Source: Nymphaea colorata (lineage: Eukaryota). Taken from it: DNA of 64,000 nucleotides. The stretch is from NCBI RefSeq assembly GCF_008831285.2, contig NC_045138.2, positions 34,782,001 to 34,846,000 on the forward strand, written 5' to 3'. Below are positions 1 through 13,870 of the stretch, one piece after another. Both the position numbers and the translations under genes were made by a program. How positions within the stretch are numbered: position 1 is the first letter of the stretch; each line of letters starts with the position of its first letter. The notes under the pieces are model-generated. The model saw nothing but the letters and a program-made list of their open reading frames with translations, had not been told where the DNA came from and ran no database searches.

Positions 1-342
1 GCATGTGGCAACATAGACTCTCCAGATTTCCAGCCACATGAACTCAATTTTCCCACAAAGGAAACTTTCAGTCCTGAGTACAATGGGCCCTAATATCCAA
101 ACGCAAAATCTGACTAAGGTCTAATCATATGTAACGTATTAGCTGCTTCCAATAGTATTTTAGGAGTTTCTGTAATCCAGGTACAAACCTGACTTGGTTT
201 TGATTTAACTTTTTACTCTCCATTGTCAATTTCATAATGACCATAATAATGTCATCAAGATATTGAGTGGAGGTAGAGAGCTGAATAGAATCAAGGACAA
301 CATTATTGGATGGAAAAGTACTGTGGCTTTCATCAAGTCCCA

Positions 343-663
343 AACCTGGACAGCTAACAACATCAAGACCTATAACAAGACACAAGGAATCTTTCCACCT
401 CAACCATTCAATCCTCTAGTATATCATTTCTATAATAATAGAAAAATCAAGCAACAAACAAGATATGTTAGGAAGAAGTGGAATTATTGATTACTTGTAT
501 GAACCTGGACTGCTAACAACATCAAGACCTATAACAATGCACAAGGAATCTTTCAACCTCAACCATTCAATCCTTCTAGTATATCATTTCTATAATAATA
601 GAAAAATCAAGCAACAAACAAGATATGTTAGGAAGAAGTGGAATTATTGATTACTTGTATGAA
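343..663. repeat. Tandem duplication, 2 x ~160 bp
   Basis: Unit aacctggac(a/t)gctaacaacatcaagacctataacaa...ggaattattgattacttgtatgaa occurs twice, near-identical. It produces two ORFs with the same C-terminus (263-490, 465-650). Confidence 0.9.
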
Positions 664-1622
664 GCTATTTCAGCATTTGAGCTCTCTAGTTGTTTTTCCA
701 GCTTTAGTTCATTTGATCGCAATCTGAGTGCCTGTTCAAAAAGGTTGTAGGAAAAAATTAAGAACGAACTGAAACTAAGAAAAGGAGAATACTCTAGATA
801 ACCTTTTGATATACCCATGCAGAAAACAAGAAAATACTAGTATGGCAAGATTGACCAGGCCAGGCTTTCTGCAATGATTTGCAAATTTTTTTTAACTCCA
901 ATTTGGCTTTTTGACAAAGCTGAGGTTTTTTTTGTGGTTTTACATAGAAAATAATGGACTCAAACAATAAGAGAATGTGCATATGCATGAGGGATATATT
1001 CTGAAAAACACAACCCACATGGTAGGAAGCATATACATCACATGATTTAGGCATAAAATGCATCATCTGAGTGGTTAAGAAAGATCAAATGTGGAAAAAA
1101 GACCATCTGAGAAGCAAGCAAGCAAGCATACAGAGTAGAGACACAAGCACAAACTGGCAACATGGTGGGAAGAAATTCCCCACGTTGGAGGAGTATGGAC
1201 AGAGGGCCATCAGAATAACATGAAGCATGCTCCTAAAACATTATGCATCCAGCATGTCTTCCATGTCCTAATAGTAATAGCACTATAGTAGCAATATTCG
1301 ATGAATCAATTAATTACGTCTCATGCACCAAACTCCTGTTGTCCATATCCTAAGGTTGTGTTTGAAACCACATACATTTTGTCTGCACAGCCATTCAGCT
1401 ACAGAAAATAATTTTTGGGATGCACACATCCCTTTCTTCAAAAAACAAGGGGGAGAAATGTCAGGAGTCGGGGGTCTAACTTCCTCACCCAAATTTAAGG
1501 ATATGGCAGCTTTAACCTAACAACCTCCCTTTCCATTGTGTGGCTTATGTGCAAAGCCCCATTCCCCATCATCTGCCCCTCACTATGAGCATGCATGAAG
1601 AGCCCTCCAATGACCTCAGGTT

Positions 1623-1625
<3 letters not shown>

Positions 1626-1654
<29 letters not shown>
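1626..1654. repeat. (CT)n microsatellite
   Basis: Direct reading. Confidence 0.95.
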
Positions 1655-1657
<3 letters not shown>

Positions 1658-1837
1658 CATAAGTGCACAGGTTCTCTATATCCCTGTTGGTTGATTCACA
1701 AATTCAATCAACCTAAGGGCATTCACTTGTTTCTGAGGACCTTTGTGACACAGCTAGCAGTGGAGAAGTAACGAATAACAAGGAGATTCCCGCATAACAC
1801 ATTGCACAGCAAAGTCAGGGACTTCTCCAGTAGGTGG

Positions 1838-1839
<2 letters not shown>

Positions 1840-1917
<78 letters not shown>
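1840..1917. repeat. (CT)n(CA)n compound microsatellite
   Basis: Direct reading; explains the RERERE/CVCV ORFs. Confidence 0.95.
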
Positions 1918-3556
1918 TGTTTGAGATGGAGAAGGGCGTTGTGCCTCTTTTCCGCTCCCCCACAAGTGCACACATGCTGGTCTCTCCTTTTACTCTAGGT
2001 TTTTTCAGGGCTTTCTTCTTCTTATGTTTGTGCTCCTCTACTTCTTTAGGTCTTCCCAGTTTCATTTCCTTAGACTGTCTGCAGAAACACCCTTTACCCC
2101 TCATTTTGTTTTTCTCCCCTACTATGTTCATTTCCACTATTTCATTTATTGCTCTAGTACGTGCTAGTTTTTAGTTTTTACCAGTTCTCAAAAGTCAAAA
2201 GCCAATACCCTTGGCATCTAGGTAATGTACACTTCTTGGACTAGGACACATTTGTGCAGCTTTGCAATATTTCCAAGATAACCTCAGGAAAGCCTTGACA
2301 ACACAGTTCTTAATTTTCCGGGAATGGTAACTGAACTTGGATCTTTGTTTCTACTGTCTCCTTTTTTTATTTTTATGCATGTATAAACCTTGAGCTCAAT
2401 TTAAACTAGATGAATACTGTGACATGGCTAAAATACACTTGATCAACACAGACTTGAGTTCAGCATAAACCTGATGATGAATATAGATCATATCAGTTGG
2501 TGAATGCTGCGTCTGTTGATGTTAATCCTTTTGAATATTGTGAATAGTCAGAATAACTACAGACAGGGCCAAATCATTATGTTATGAATGATTATAAGAG
2601 CTTGTAAACTACCCTGCTATTTTTCTTGAGAAACTGAAAACCCTATACAAAGAGTTGCAATGAAGTTCAGACCATTTGGCTCATAGAATGCTTGCTAATG
2701 AAATTTGAACAGATATTGTGCTTGACGCACATTGAAGCTGACAGGTTCTCCAACTTCTAAGAGAAAAATTTAAGATTCCTTTTTTTTATCAGCTAGAGTT
2801 TATCAATACTCAAATGGAATTCATGATGACACATGTTCAATTCTATGTACACGTTATATGTTCAGTAGGCACTTATGTTCCAGTCAGATATAATTTGTTC
2901 TCAGGTTGTATGAGGGCAGGTTATAATGCATATTCAGATTCGCTTGTATATTCATATATATAAGGGCTATACAGAAGGAATATATAAGTTATATGCTTAG
3001 CATATATATTATGTTAAGGTTTTATTGTTTCTGTTTTATGTCAGAGTGGTGTTTACATTCCATTCTGGTTCATGTTAATGTCAACATAAAGAAAGAGAGA
3101 GAGAGAGTCGATACCATATGGAGATCTCACAGCTGTCATCAAACCAATGGTCAAATTAAAGCTAGAATTTTTTATATCTATCTCATCAAATACCCAAAAA
3201 GAAAATGAAGGACACCTTATCTGTACCAGTTGGACACAATAATTTAGCCATAGTGATGAGTTCTTCTAGATAATCGCACCATGGCCTTGTTATTCTAGAA
3301 AAATTATTCACAGATAATTCGTTAAAACCCTCACACACAACCTAAGGTGGAGGATTGAGTCCCTTATGGATAGCAAGTATGCCTTAACTCAAGAAGAGCA
3401 ATTCATAAAATGTCTGAAGCTTTTCTAGCCTTCCTCTCAGGAATAGCCTGGTCGGCTTTTAAGCAACATTTCCCTTCCATGCCAAGACTCAGTGAAATAT
3501 TTAGTAACCAGAGAATGCTAGATAGAGATTAAAAAATAAAGACAACAACTACCTAC

Positions 3557-6500
3557 TTTTTCTTCTAACCCAATAACCTCAGATGCTAAAAGTTTTGCTC
3601 GTTCATCAGCTGCACTGCATTCAAGTTGTGCATTGGTGTACTCAATTCTCATTTCTTCAAGAGCTGACTGCCATTCAAGAAAAAGAAAAGTCACTGTAGC
3701 ATCACGTGGATGGAGAAGCAGCCATGGAACCAATTTGTGCAAATTCCACCAAAATGTAGAAAACAGAAAGCACATTAAGAGAAGGTCCTCGACCATGTGC
3801 AATAAACAAAATGCCTTTCAGGTCTTCAAGACCAAGCAAATTGTGAGGCATATACTAATGAGCTTTACACACTAGATGACTCTCAAGCCCTCATATTATT
3901 CTATGTCCAGAAAGCTGCAATCTCATGAGGCTCAACTCAGCTATAGCAGATAATATGCAAGGTCACTTATAATTGACCAGGTGAAACCTTGGAATAGAGA
4001 AAATTCCAGACTATGATCAATTTAGGACAGCTCAAACAACTTCCAGAAAGCATGGGATGAAAGATAAACCATAAGGCAGAATATCTTCACTTGATATAGT
4101 AATAGACAACCATATAAGTCTGCTAGAAGGATTTGGTGCAATCAACAGACAATGAGAAACAAACAATGTATCTAAAAATCCAAACTTCTCAGATACATTC
4201 AAGTACTACATAAATCAAAGGAAAAATATACTAACCACCTGGGTCCTTATTTCTTCTTGCAACTTCTCTAAATCAGATTTCAATTGACTGACAACTTCAC
4301 CCTGCAACATAACCAAAGTCTATAAGCAGAATAAAATTGTCATGAGTGGCAGTAGTTATATTCTAACAACTTTTCTGCTACATTCTACCCCCACATAAAG
4401 AAATGTTCATAGGTACTACAATGAAAAGAAAGAATAATAGACATAGCACTAGACAGACAATCTTTTCTTTTATGAGTAAAATAACGGTCATATGCACTTA
4501 ACCTGAGCTTATGGTCACACATAAGTACCTGCTGGTTGAAGCTATCCGTGAGAGATGAATTCTCTGCAGCTAAAGACTCAGCCAATGTTCTTGAGGCATC
4601 TAAAGCCCGCTGGAGAGAGAACTTTTCTTGGGTCAAGTCCTCAATATGCTGCAAAAGAGGGAGAGAACTGAGACGTTTATGCAAATAAGAACAGTATATC
4701 AAAATGAATTCAAAAATTTGACTTGTGCACTACAACCACATTAAGTTTAATTTACAGTAAATACAAAAAAAGGCAAAAAAAAAAGGTGATTAAAGATCAG
4801 GCAATTTTGGTTGGTGATAAAACTGATTAGAAGTACTGGAATTTGGATGCATTCTGGCTCACTTTCCCCCAAGCTGAAAAGCTTTAGATGTACAAGACAG
4901 GCATCAACTCATGGAATTCAGCATCCACCAAATTTAAAAACCAAAAAAAGGGGGACATAATCACCCGAAGTTGTTGAACTTGAACCATGTAGAACCATAT
5001 ATTCAAGCACGGACTGGATCAATGGCCAAATATTCCAACCTTGAAATCAGTCATTCCATCACCGGAGGAGGTTCAATCACATAGAATCAATTATGCAAGG
5101 ATAAAATGGATGCTACAACCAAGTTTTGCAACCTAAAAGAGAACTCAATAACCAGAGAAAGTTGAATCGCATGGTATGCAAGGATAAGCTCAGTCACAGA
5201 CCAAACATAACTCAGACTAGGTGGAGCTGTAACAATGTAATCTATGAACTGGCAAATGAAGAGCATGCAGTCAGCGGCTTCAAACAGACTGCTAACTAAA
5301 ACAACTCATACTTACACCAGGCTCTTCGCGAAAAGCTTCTGGAAACACTAGAGAAAACTACTTGAAAAAAGAAATATAAATTCAAGGAGGTCCACAAAAA
5401 TAACTGGAAAAGAAATACCTTTAGTGTGAAAGATATCAGAAGCAGAAGATAGATTGCCCGAGAAGTAGATAAGAACAATCGTACCTGTTCTAAAGCTGAG
5501 AAATCATCATTCAGCGCATATGAACTCTCTAGCCCTCTTTGTATTCCCCCATGCTTTGGAGATGTTTTACCATCAGTTACATCATATGAGAGATGCCTGA
5601 CATCGCGGTCCCATGACTTTTTCTGATATGAGTCATCCCTGTTCACAAGAGGCTTGACTGTTGCAGGATATGGGGAAGATGACTGGACTGCTACAGCATC
5701 ATTGTTTGAGATTTTGGGAGACCGTAAAGGATCTCTGTTTTCCAATTCAGGAAGTGAAGCAGGGGAGCTAGAAGGTACTTTTTGTACAAGAATAGAATCA
5801 AGAAAAGATGGACGAGATCTGTAATTGGATTCCAAAGTAATTGTGTCTGAAGTTGTATAGTTAGAAGTAGTTTCATGTTTCAAGGATGAGATTGTAGAGG
5901 GAAGCACTGATTTCTGCTTTAATCCGTGATCTATATGAGAATCACCAGCATTGAAGATTCGATGACCTATAACTCCAGCACCAGTAAAGTTGGTAGTGGA
6001 CACCTCATTAATAGCATGCCTAGGATGGTCAGATGACTCCGGAAAACTGGAATAGAAGTGAACGTCATCTGTTCAATGTAGAGATGCAAATCCAAGAAAG
6101 GTGAGTTTACTTCAATAAATGTCAAACAAAATAATGACTAAGAATGGTGATTTATACCATATGACTTAGATGCAGAGTAGCCAGCAGCACAGCCCAAAGC
6201 ATTGCCAAGTCCACGTGGAAAAAAATTTGATGACATGTCAACTGAGTGTGAGTGTCTTCTGTCTAACCTTCCTTTATCTTCTAAGGAGTTGTTGACGCAT
6301 CCAACATCATTTTCTACCAAATGGGCATTTTTGATATAATCGAAATGATCAAGGTCAGTTCTGCCAGGGTCAGCAAAGACAGACCTCTCTGTGACTATCC
6401 TGGCAAAAGAACCTTCTTCGGTTACAACGTAAGGCTTGAATTCATGGCTCTCGCTTAATAGGATGTCATCGACACCACCACGGCCACCATAGGACTCAGA

Positions 6501-7354
6501 ATCGCTGATCGCCTTGGACTCAGAAGCTTGCTCATGTTCTTTCGTCCGAATGCTTTCAGGAACCGGAAGTGAAAGATCATGCCTGCCATTAGGAAGAAGT
6601 ACTGTGGTGCCATCTGCAGACGGAATTGCATTGCGGCTGCTGCTCAAGACTTCATCGATTGCATTCACTGGAGGAGGTACCTTAGATGGCTGGTTTTCTA
6701 CGGCCAACTGAGCTGTCACACCGTTGGCAACATCAGCCAAAGGAAAGTGGCCAGGAGACGGCACCCTTTTAGCCCGACCTTCCGCCTTTTTCTTGCGGAA
6801 TTCCTCTAGCTGGCAACATAATATTGTATCGGTGTCAAGGGAAAGCATTTTACCCAATACCGCATGCATGAAACATGGTCAAGAGCCTGATTTTTTTTTC
6901 CATTTTGTATAATTTGACCAGAAAATTACATCAAATCAAAATGCACAAACCATGAATTGTCATATACGAAGCAGCATCCATGAAAACGATACACCAAGAG
7001 AATGTGCTTGAATCGAGCACCGGTTTGGGATCCTCGTATCCGATAAAGATTAAACTTTAAAGCAATGAACATCGATCTTCGTAAATCGAAAAGTCAAGAA
7101 AATTCAACATTCCATGTCCAATGGAATAAATGACGGAATCTACGATCCCAAATATCTAAAAGGAAAACGAAAAAAAAAAACAACAACAACAACAAAGACG
7201 CAAATGATTGGAAATTCAAGAGCCAAAAGGCTACACAATGGAGTACAGAATCCAGATGAAATCGACGACGTACCCGCCGTTTCCCAGCCTCGAGATGGCC
7301 TTGCTTTTTGCGAGCAGAAGAAGACGAAGATGAAGCGTCCTGCGCCGACGCCAT
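3557..7354 (-). CDS. BLI: BLISTER-like coiled-coil protein, 5' part only (6 coding exons)
   Basis: Phase-consistent GT-AG exons: 7274-7354, 6158-6809, 5485-6068, 4529-4648, 4236-4301, 3557-3667. N-terminus MASAQ...HLEAGKRR|LEEFRKKK. Conserved block ALEQHIEDLTQEKFSLQRALDASRTLAESLAAENSSLTDSFNQQ...EYTNAQLECSAADERAKLLASEVIGLEEK recognised from plant BLISTER. No next exon seen in 1-3556, so the gene probably continues beyond the window. Confidence 0.85.
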
Positions 7355-7862
7355 CCGCAAACCCTCAATTCCCGCGGGACACGGTTCAAAATCACCCTAG
7401 ATCCGCGACTACCGCCTCGATCTCTGCCGGGACCGCCTCTCCCATTTAAGGAGCGGCGCCTGGATCCCCCGGATCAAGGGCGGCGAGTGCCGGAAAAGAA
7501 AAACACGATATGCAGTTTTCCGCTACGGCAATGAAGGAGACCTCTGTCTCTCCCTCTCGTTTTTGGTCGCGTTCTCGGGAAAAACGGCCGGAGGACAAGG
7601 ACCCAGCAAGAATCGATCCGGAAAACCACCTCCCGGTGCGCAAAGTGGTCAGCGGGAAAATAAAATAGAATAACAAAAATCCTATTGGGCGTTCTCTTCC
7701 ACCATATATTATAAGCAAACTTGCGTTTTGATGATCTTTAATTTTGATTTTAAAATTAAAATTTTAGAAACAAAATTTTACTTTGGAATTGAATTTAAAA
7801 TTCAAGTTTTAATTTTTTTTTTATGTTTGATAGTTCAAAATTTTGATTTAAAAATTAAAAAT

Positions 7863-8096
7863 GACGTGTTTGATAAGACATTATTACAATTTTAAATTTT
7901 ATAAATTAAAACCATCATAACATGTGTTCTAAACATAAATGAACAAATTTTAAAATTTTAGAATCATTTTCACTCTTTAGAATATAATCATGATTCTGTG
8001 ATTCATTTAGTTTAATAATGCAATTCTCGTTTTTTATAAAATGAGAATTTTAATTTTAATTTTTAATTTTTCACAATTCCACCTCATCAAACACGT
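7863..8096. mobile_element. Possible Tourist/PIF-like MITE remnant
   Basis: AT-rich segment bounded by inverted motifs acgtgtttgat (~7864) and atcaaacacgt (~8086). TSD not established. Confidence 0.35.
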
Positions 8097-11000
8097 AAAC
8101 CCTAATGTTTGGGGAAATAATAAACTGAAATTTGTAAAATGAAAACACCAAAGCAATTAATTTAAAATATTAATTTTTGATAAAATTATGGAAATCACAT
8201 ATCAAATCATGGAAAACTGACTCTCGGATAGCAAGAGTTCAAGCTGAACCCAGACAAAAAAAAAAACTAATAAATCAATTTGCTCCAACCAAATAAATTA
8301 ACCATATGTAGCATTTTGTGCATGTTTGAGACGAAGCCCCATGTTTGCTCCTTGATGGCATTAACAGTGCACTCCAGCATTCAAATTTTGTTTTGGTAGG
8401 ACATAATGTCAATGTGAAATATAATGGAGTAGTCTTTTCAAATAGTTCACAGTGTTAAGCCCTTATGGCATTATCTTACAACATGCACTTATGGCATTAT
8501 CTTACAACATGCATGAGTGAAAAAAAATTGGGGTAAATTTGGATATACCAACAAAACAATGTTTACACGCTTCTCCAAAAATGGTTTTTGAAGGTCTGAG
8601 GTATGTTTGGATGACACCCTCATAAAAAGCTGTTTTGAAAAAGTTGGTTTTATTAAAAAATACTTTTTAATATTTTTTTAATTAGTTTGTGCCTTTGGAT
8701 GACACATCTAAAACTTTTTTTTTTTGTGAATAACCAGGTCATTTAATCCATTTTGGAAACCAGGTTTCCACAAAAATTGATATTTGAGAAAATGGTTTTG
8801 ATGTCATACAAACGGTCCAAAAAGCAGTTTTGCAGGTAACAAAAAAAAAAAAAAAACTGCTTTGAACTATACTGTACTAATGAGGTGTGACGGTAGACTC
8901 CGTCTGTTTTACAAGGCACTAGTTTCTTAGAAGTGGCCTTCACACTCTCTCTCTGCTCGTTTTTTTTGGCCCCTGTGTTCCGTCGGCCCATTTTCAGCAC
9001 GCATTTCCGGCAGCACCCATTTCCCTCAAGGCAAGCAATTATATCCCTCCCACTCTCCACTCTTCACACAGTTTTAACTAATCAACTGGGTGGTTAAGAG
9101 CTGAAAATGTCTTCCATTCTCTTGACAACGAGGAAGGAGCTTTCTTGTTTCTTTCCATTTTATTGATGCCTGGATCTCAGATGTTAATCATGTACATTCA
9201 ATTAACTAATACTTGGGGTTCTCCATAACTATAATATACCATTTTTTATAAAGATTGACGCTTGAGAAGAAACCATATTTTTTATGCTGCCACAAAAATG
9301 GGGAGTGAGAGAAAAAGAGTGAAAGGGAAGACTGAATCACTAGTTTAATGGACTTATAATATAAGCACTTTATTAGCTGGTAGATGTTTCTTTTAGAGAA
9401 AAAGGAAAATCTCTCAGCTTTAAATGGCGTTAAAATTTTGAAGCTTATTTTGATTTTTTAGGATAAGAAACTTGATTTTTCCCAAAATTCACCAAAAGTC
9501 CGTTCTTATACAAGAGATCATCTACATCATATATGTTTAGATTTAAGAATGTATGGAGTTGAAATCTGATGGATGCTAAATGTTGGCTGATGATCAAAAG
9601 CTAAAAATATGTCAGTCAAAAACAATCACAACAGGAATGTCGGTGACTGTTTAGGATGCAGCAACAGTTTATTGTGTTTTGTTTTTAGCAACAGTTTTTG
9701 GCATTTTTTTTCTTGAACTACTGTAGTCAAATTTTCTTGAACTAATCATTTTTTTCACATGCCCAAACACGTCTCGATTGTTGGCATTGATCAACTTGAT
9801 CGAGGAGAATGGAAGATGGCTACAGCAGGGGAATTCAGCTTGCTGCAAACAGGCAGCATGCCCCCAAAAATTAGGGAAAATGAAAGGCCCTCCAATAAAT
9901 TCTGTGACCAACTTGAGAGATTTTGATAGCTATTATTATAACTATTAAAGATCTAGTTATCCTCTCAAATCATTTTGCCAATTTCCTGTGATATGATCTC
10001 GAACTAGAGTTCCATGTACATGATAACCGTTGATAGTGTTACCTCAAATTCAAACACCGTGTGGTTTTCGATAGTTCATGTACTTATGATGTACTTTATT
10101 CTGATGTTTTCACTTGTTGGTCACGTTTAAACCCAGATTACAAGTGTTTAACAGCATCACCAGAATCCATTTCCAAAAGTTTAACGACAGCTGATGGCAT
10201 CACTTCTTCGATTTGAAATCTGACAAGTCGCAACTGCAGCGGAGTCGAAATTTTTTTTGGCTGAGGAGCACTCAAGTCACCAGCCCAAGCCTGCCGTGGG
10301 CATCCCATGTAACTTTTAAATCATCATAATGTAATTTTAAATCATTTTTAAGAAAATTTTGATCGGCTGCTTTTGGCCACTATTGACACTAGCCCCCATA
10401 TCTCTACCACTGAGTCCCAATTGCAGAATTAGATATGTAGTAAATTAATTAATATTTTGATCCATTTGCCCTGGGAATGAGAATAGTAGCAGAATTTCAA
10501 GTTACCAATGAGAATAGCACCATAACTTTGTGAGCAGATTACTTCAACAATGTGGAATGATTATGTTTCAAGTAAGATATTCATTGTGTAACATTCTCAT
10601 TATATTATATGTCATTGTTTTAATTATACTTGATTATTTTAATACTTTATGGTGATAACCTAATTATTTATTTGTCTTTTTAATTTTTGAAATGCAGGAA
10701 CCAGACGGTGATGCCTCTTCTCAAGTCTTACATGGCTTCGATGGGAAGAATAGTGTGTAGAACAGAAGTTGACTCTATAAGAACCATATTTTTATGTCAA
10801 TGTACTCCAACATATGGCTTTGAAGAGTTGAACATTTTAGACTATTTGTATTTTGTAGTTTTACTTGATACTAGTGATTGTATAAATGTTTGAACATTTT
10901 AGAGTAATGATGTTTTTGTTATATATATATCTGTATTGAAAGAGTGGATTTTTATAAATCGTGTTATCGAATGTATTGATTATAACATGTCATGAATTTT

Positions 11001-12054
11001 ATATTTGTTTTGATAGAACCTGTTAAAAAAAAAAAGATATTCTTACTATCATATAACAGACACAACAAATATAATAGTCAAAACTGATTAGAGAAGATAC
11101 AAATATCAGATAGAACAGACAGTTCAAACAAAACATAAAAACAAACACCAAACATGACAAACAGAACAGATAGATCGAACATGACAGAAACAAATATATA
11201 CGAAACAAATGCAAGACAAGAAGAACATTGTGTTATGTTCCTAAAGTAATCAAATGGTGGACAAGTAACATCATTGTCCATGAGGACATGACAGTAGTGT
11301 AATGGACAAGTTGTCATGTCTGTCATGTCCTAATGGACAACAATCAAGCGACCTCTAATTGTAAAAACAATGCAAAGAAAGAATAAGACTTCCACTAAAA
11401 TTGATTTTGATTACAAATAAACTCTAACACCAGTCTAACATCGGATCTATAGATATAGATCCAATAAAAGAAAATAATAAATAAAACCAAGTCCATAACT
11501 AGATTTCTCCTACTTGTGCTCTCGTCAAACCACTCGACTCCATAGATTTGCCCGTAGGAAGAAGATATTAGGTTGTGGTTATCTAGTTCAGATTTGTGTT
11601 TGTATAGTTTAAGTTTTGAATTATGTTGGGGATGAATTTGGGTATGAATATGGATTCAATTCACGATTGCAGGTTGCACGTTTGGGTTTGGGTTTGGGAA
11701 AAAACAACAGGTTCGCATTTGGTTTAAAAGGAGATCTGCAATAAGTTTAGGGCCTGGTTTCGGTCACCAATTCTTGAGATTGAAACACTGGCTCAAAATG
11801 GGCCATATTGGGCCCAAGAAGTGGTTCAATGTGGTTCTTAGGCCCACTCAGATCCCAAACTAATCGATTCGGCTCAAATCCCATATCACGTGAGGTGGAA
11901 AAGGCTGAAGCAGGCAGGACAGGGACACACTTGATGCAGTGGGCAAGAGCACTACTCCTCTAAATCACGATCAACACTTAAACTAAACTAAGAATAGTCG
12001 AAAGATATACAAAAATCTGAATGAAAATAACTGTAAAAGGAAAATGAAAAGAAA

Positions 12055-12229
12055 AGATTAGGGTTTTTATAAAAATTGATTTTCATTATAACAAGTCCCA
12101 ACACACATTATATATTAGGGTTTTTATAAAAATTGATTTTCATTGTAACAAGTCTCAACACACATTATATAGACAAAAAGTGGATCCACAATCTGGATCC
12201 AAATAAAAGAAAAAAAAGAAGAACATGCA

Positions 12230-12268
<39 letters not shown>

Positions 12269-13870
12269 ATCACCCCAAATTTTTTCAAAAAGAATGTCAT
12301 TTTTTATTAAAAACACAAAACCTAATTTTTGGATTTAAATTGGTCCAAAGCCACAATCCAAATTCAAATTAGATCCAAAAACACAAGTTCAAATCCAAAT
12401 CAAGCATTTGAGACTCATTTGCCCTTTCTTTTAACAAAAAAGCATCATTTTAGAGAGTGATTTTGGTCATTTATGTAAACAAGACCCATTTGTCCATCCT
12501 TTTTTATAAAGAACTTCCTTTTAGAGGGTGATTTTGGTCTTTTTGGTAAACAAGACCCATTTGCCCCTCCTTTTTTATAAAGAACTTCCTTTTAGAGAGT
12601 AATTTTGGTCTTTTTGGTAAACAATACCCATTTGCCCCTCCTTTTTGACAAAGAATCTCATTTTAGAGGGCAATTTTAGTCTTTTTGGGTGGACAAGACC
12701 AATTTGCCCTTTTTTTTGACAAAAAGTCTTTTTTTAGAGGGTGATTTTAGTCTTTTTGAGTGGACAAGACCAATTTGTCCTTTCTTTTGACAAAAAATCT
12801 CCTTTTAGAGGGTGTTTTTAAACTTTTTGGGTGAATATGACTCATTTGCCATTCCTTTTGACAAAAAGGCTCCTTTTAGAGGGTGATTTTAGTCTTTTTA
12901 TGTTCAAAAATTCAAATTTAGGGTTTTGACTCCAAAATCCTCTATAAATACCCCCCACTTCCCCCCTTTTGGTCAAGATTAGCCCTTGAGAGAAACTCTA
13001 GTGTATTCTCACTTGAAGACTTAGAGTTTCTCTTGAGCTATCTTTCTCTCCCTCTTCCTCTTTTCACTCCTCTCCAACTTGGAGCAAGCCACAACCTTCT
13101 TGGAGGCATCATCTTGGAGCTTCACTCAAGGGGATCTTCAATGTAGGGTGTTCATTTTTCCAAAAGCTATTCTCACTAGAGGTATATAATCAATATCTCA
13201 TCTCTTTCTTTTTTTATTTTCCTCTCTTCTTCATCTCTCCATGGCCGAAGGAGATAGCACTCAACATCTTTTTAGATACAAGAGGCTATGCTCAAGTGCA
13301 CCGAGAGCATGAAAAGATGAGATAATCTTTCATTTCATGATTGAATCATGTTTTTTCTTTTATTGAATGTAACATTGTCTTTCTTTCTTCATTTTCTTCT
13401 CATCTTTATCTCCCCATGGCCAAAGGAGATAGCACCCAATCTCTTCTTAGATACAAGAGGCTATGCTCAAGTGAACCGGGAGCATGAAAAGATGAGATGA
13501 TCCTTTATTTCATAGTTATATTATGCCTTTCTTCCTAGTTGAATCTTTCTCTTCCTATCATCCTCTCTCTCTCTCTCCTTCCTTCCTTGAATATTGTCCA
13601 TGTATCACCCATGCATAGTTGTTTGGTTTTTCGTCTATATGTGAATGTATGGTGAGAATGAGAGTGTGGTTTAGGGATTCTTTATTTTCATATTGATTTT
13701 TGAGGTTGAGACTTGTCCAACCCGAGAAAACCCTCACGAATATGTATATGTTAATATGCATTTGCATGACATTTCGCATTAGTTTTCTTTTAATCATCCC
13801 ATTAGGAATCCTAATGAGCATATTATTGTATGATTTGTTTTCTTTTGTACCCAACGGTGGAAGAAATATA
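12055..13870 (+). mobile_element. Probable decayed LTR-retrotransposon LTR region
   Basis: Contains a ~59-bp tandem duplication (~12057-12170), the 71-bp array, a TATA-like ctataaatacccc (~12942) followed by CT-rich sequence, and a ~100-bp direct repeat (ccatggcc.aaggagatagcac..., ~13239 and ~13414). Termini and TSD not identified. Confidence 0.35.
12412..12900. repeat. Minisatellite, 7 x ~71 bp, internally palindromic unit
   Basis: Unit starts at 12412, 12483, 12554, 12625, 12697, 12768, 12839 (gacccatttgccc...ttttagagggtgattttggtctttttggt). Confidence 0.92.

Noticed and set aside
1723..2174. ORFs with RERERE/CVCV runs
   Set aside because: Translations of the CT/CA microsatellite.
1340..2248. 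Possible solo LTR (tgtcc...ggaca)
   Set aside because: Only short terminal inverted similarity; flanks cctgt/cattt are not a convincing TSD.
12412..12900. CRISPR-like array
   Set aside because: Units are contiguous tandem repeats without unique spacers; eukaryotic context; no cas genes.
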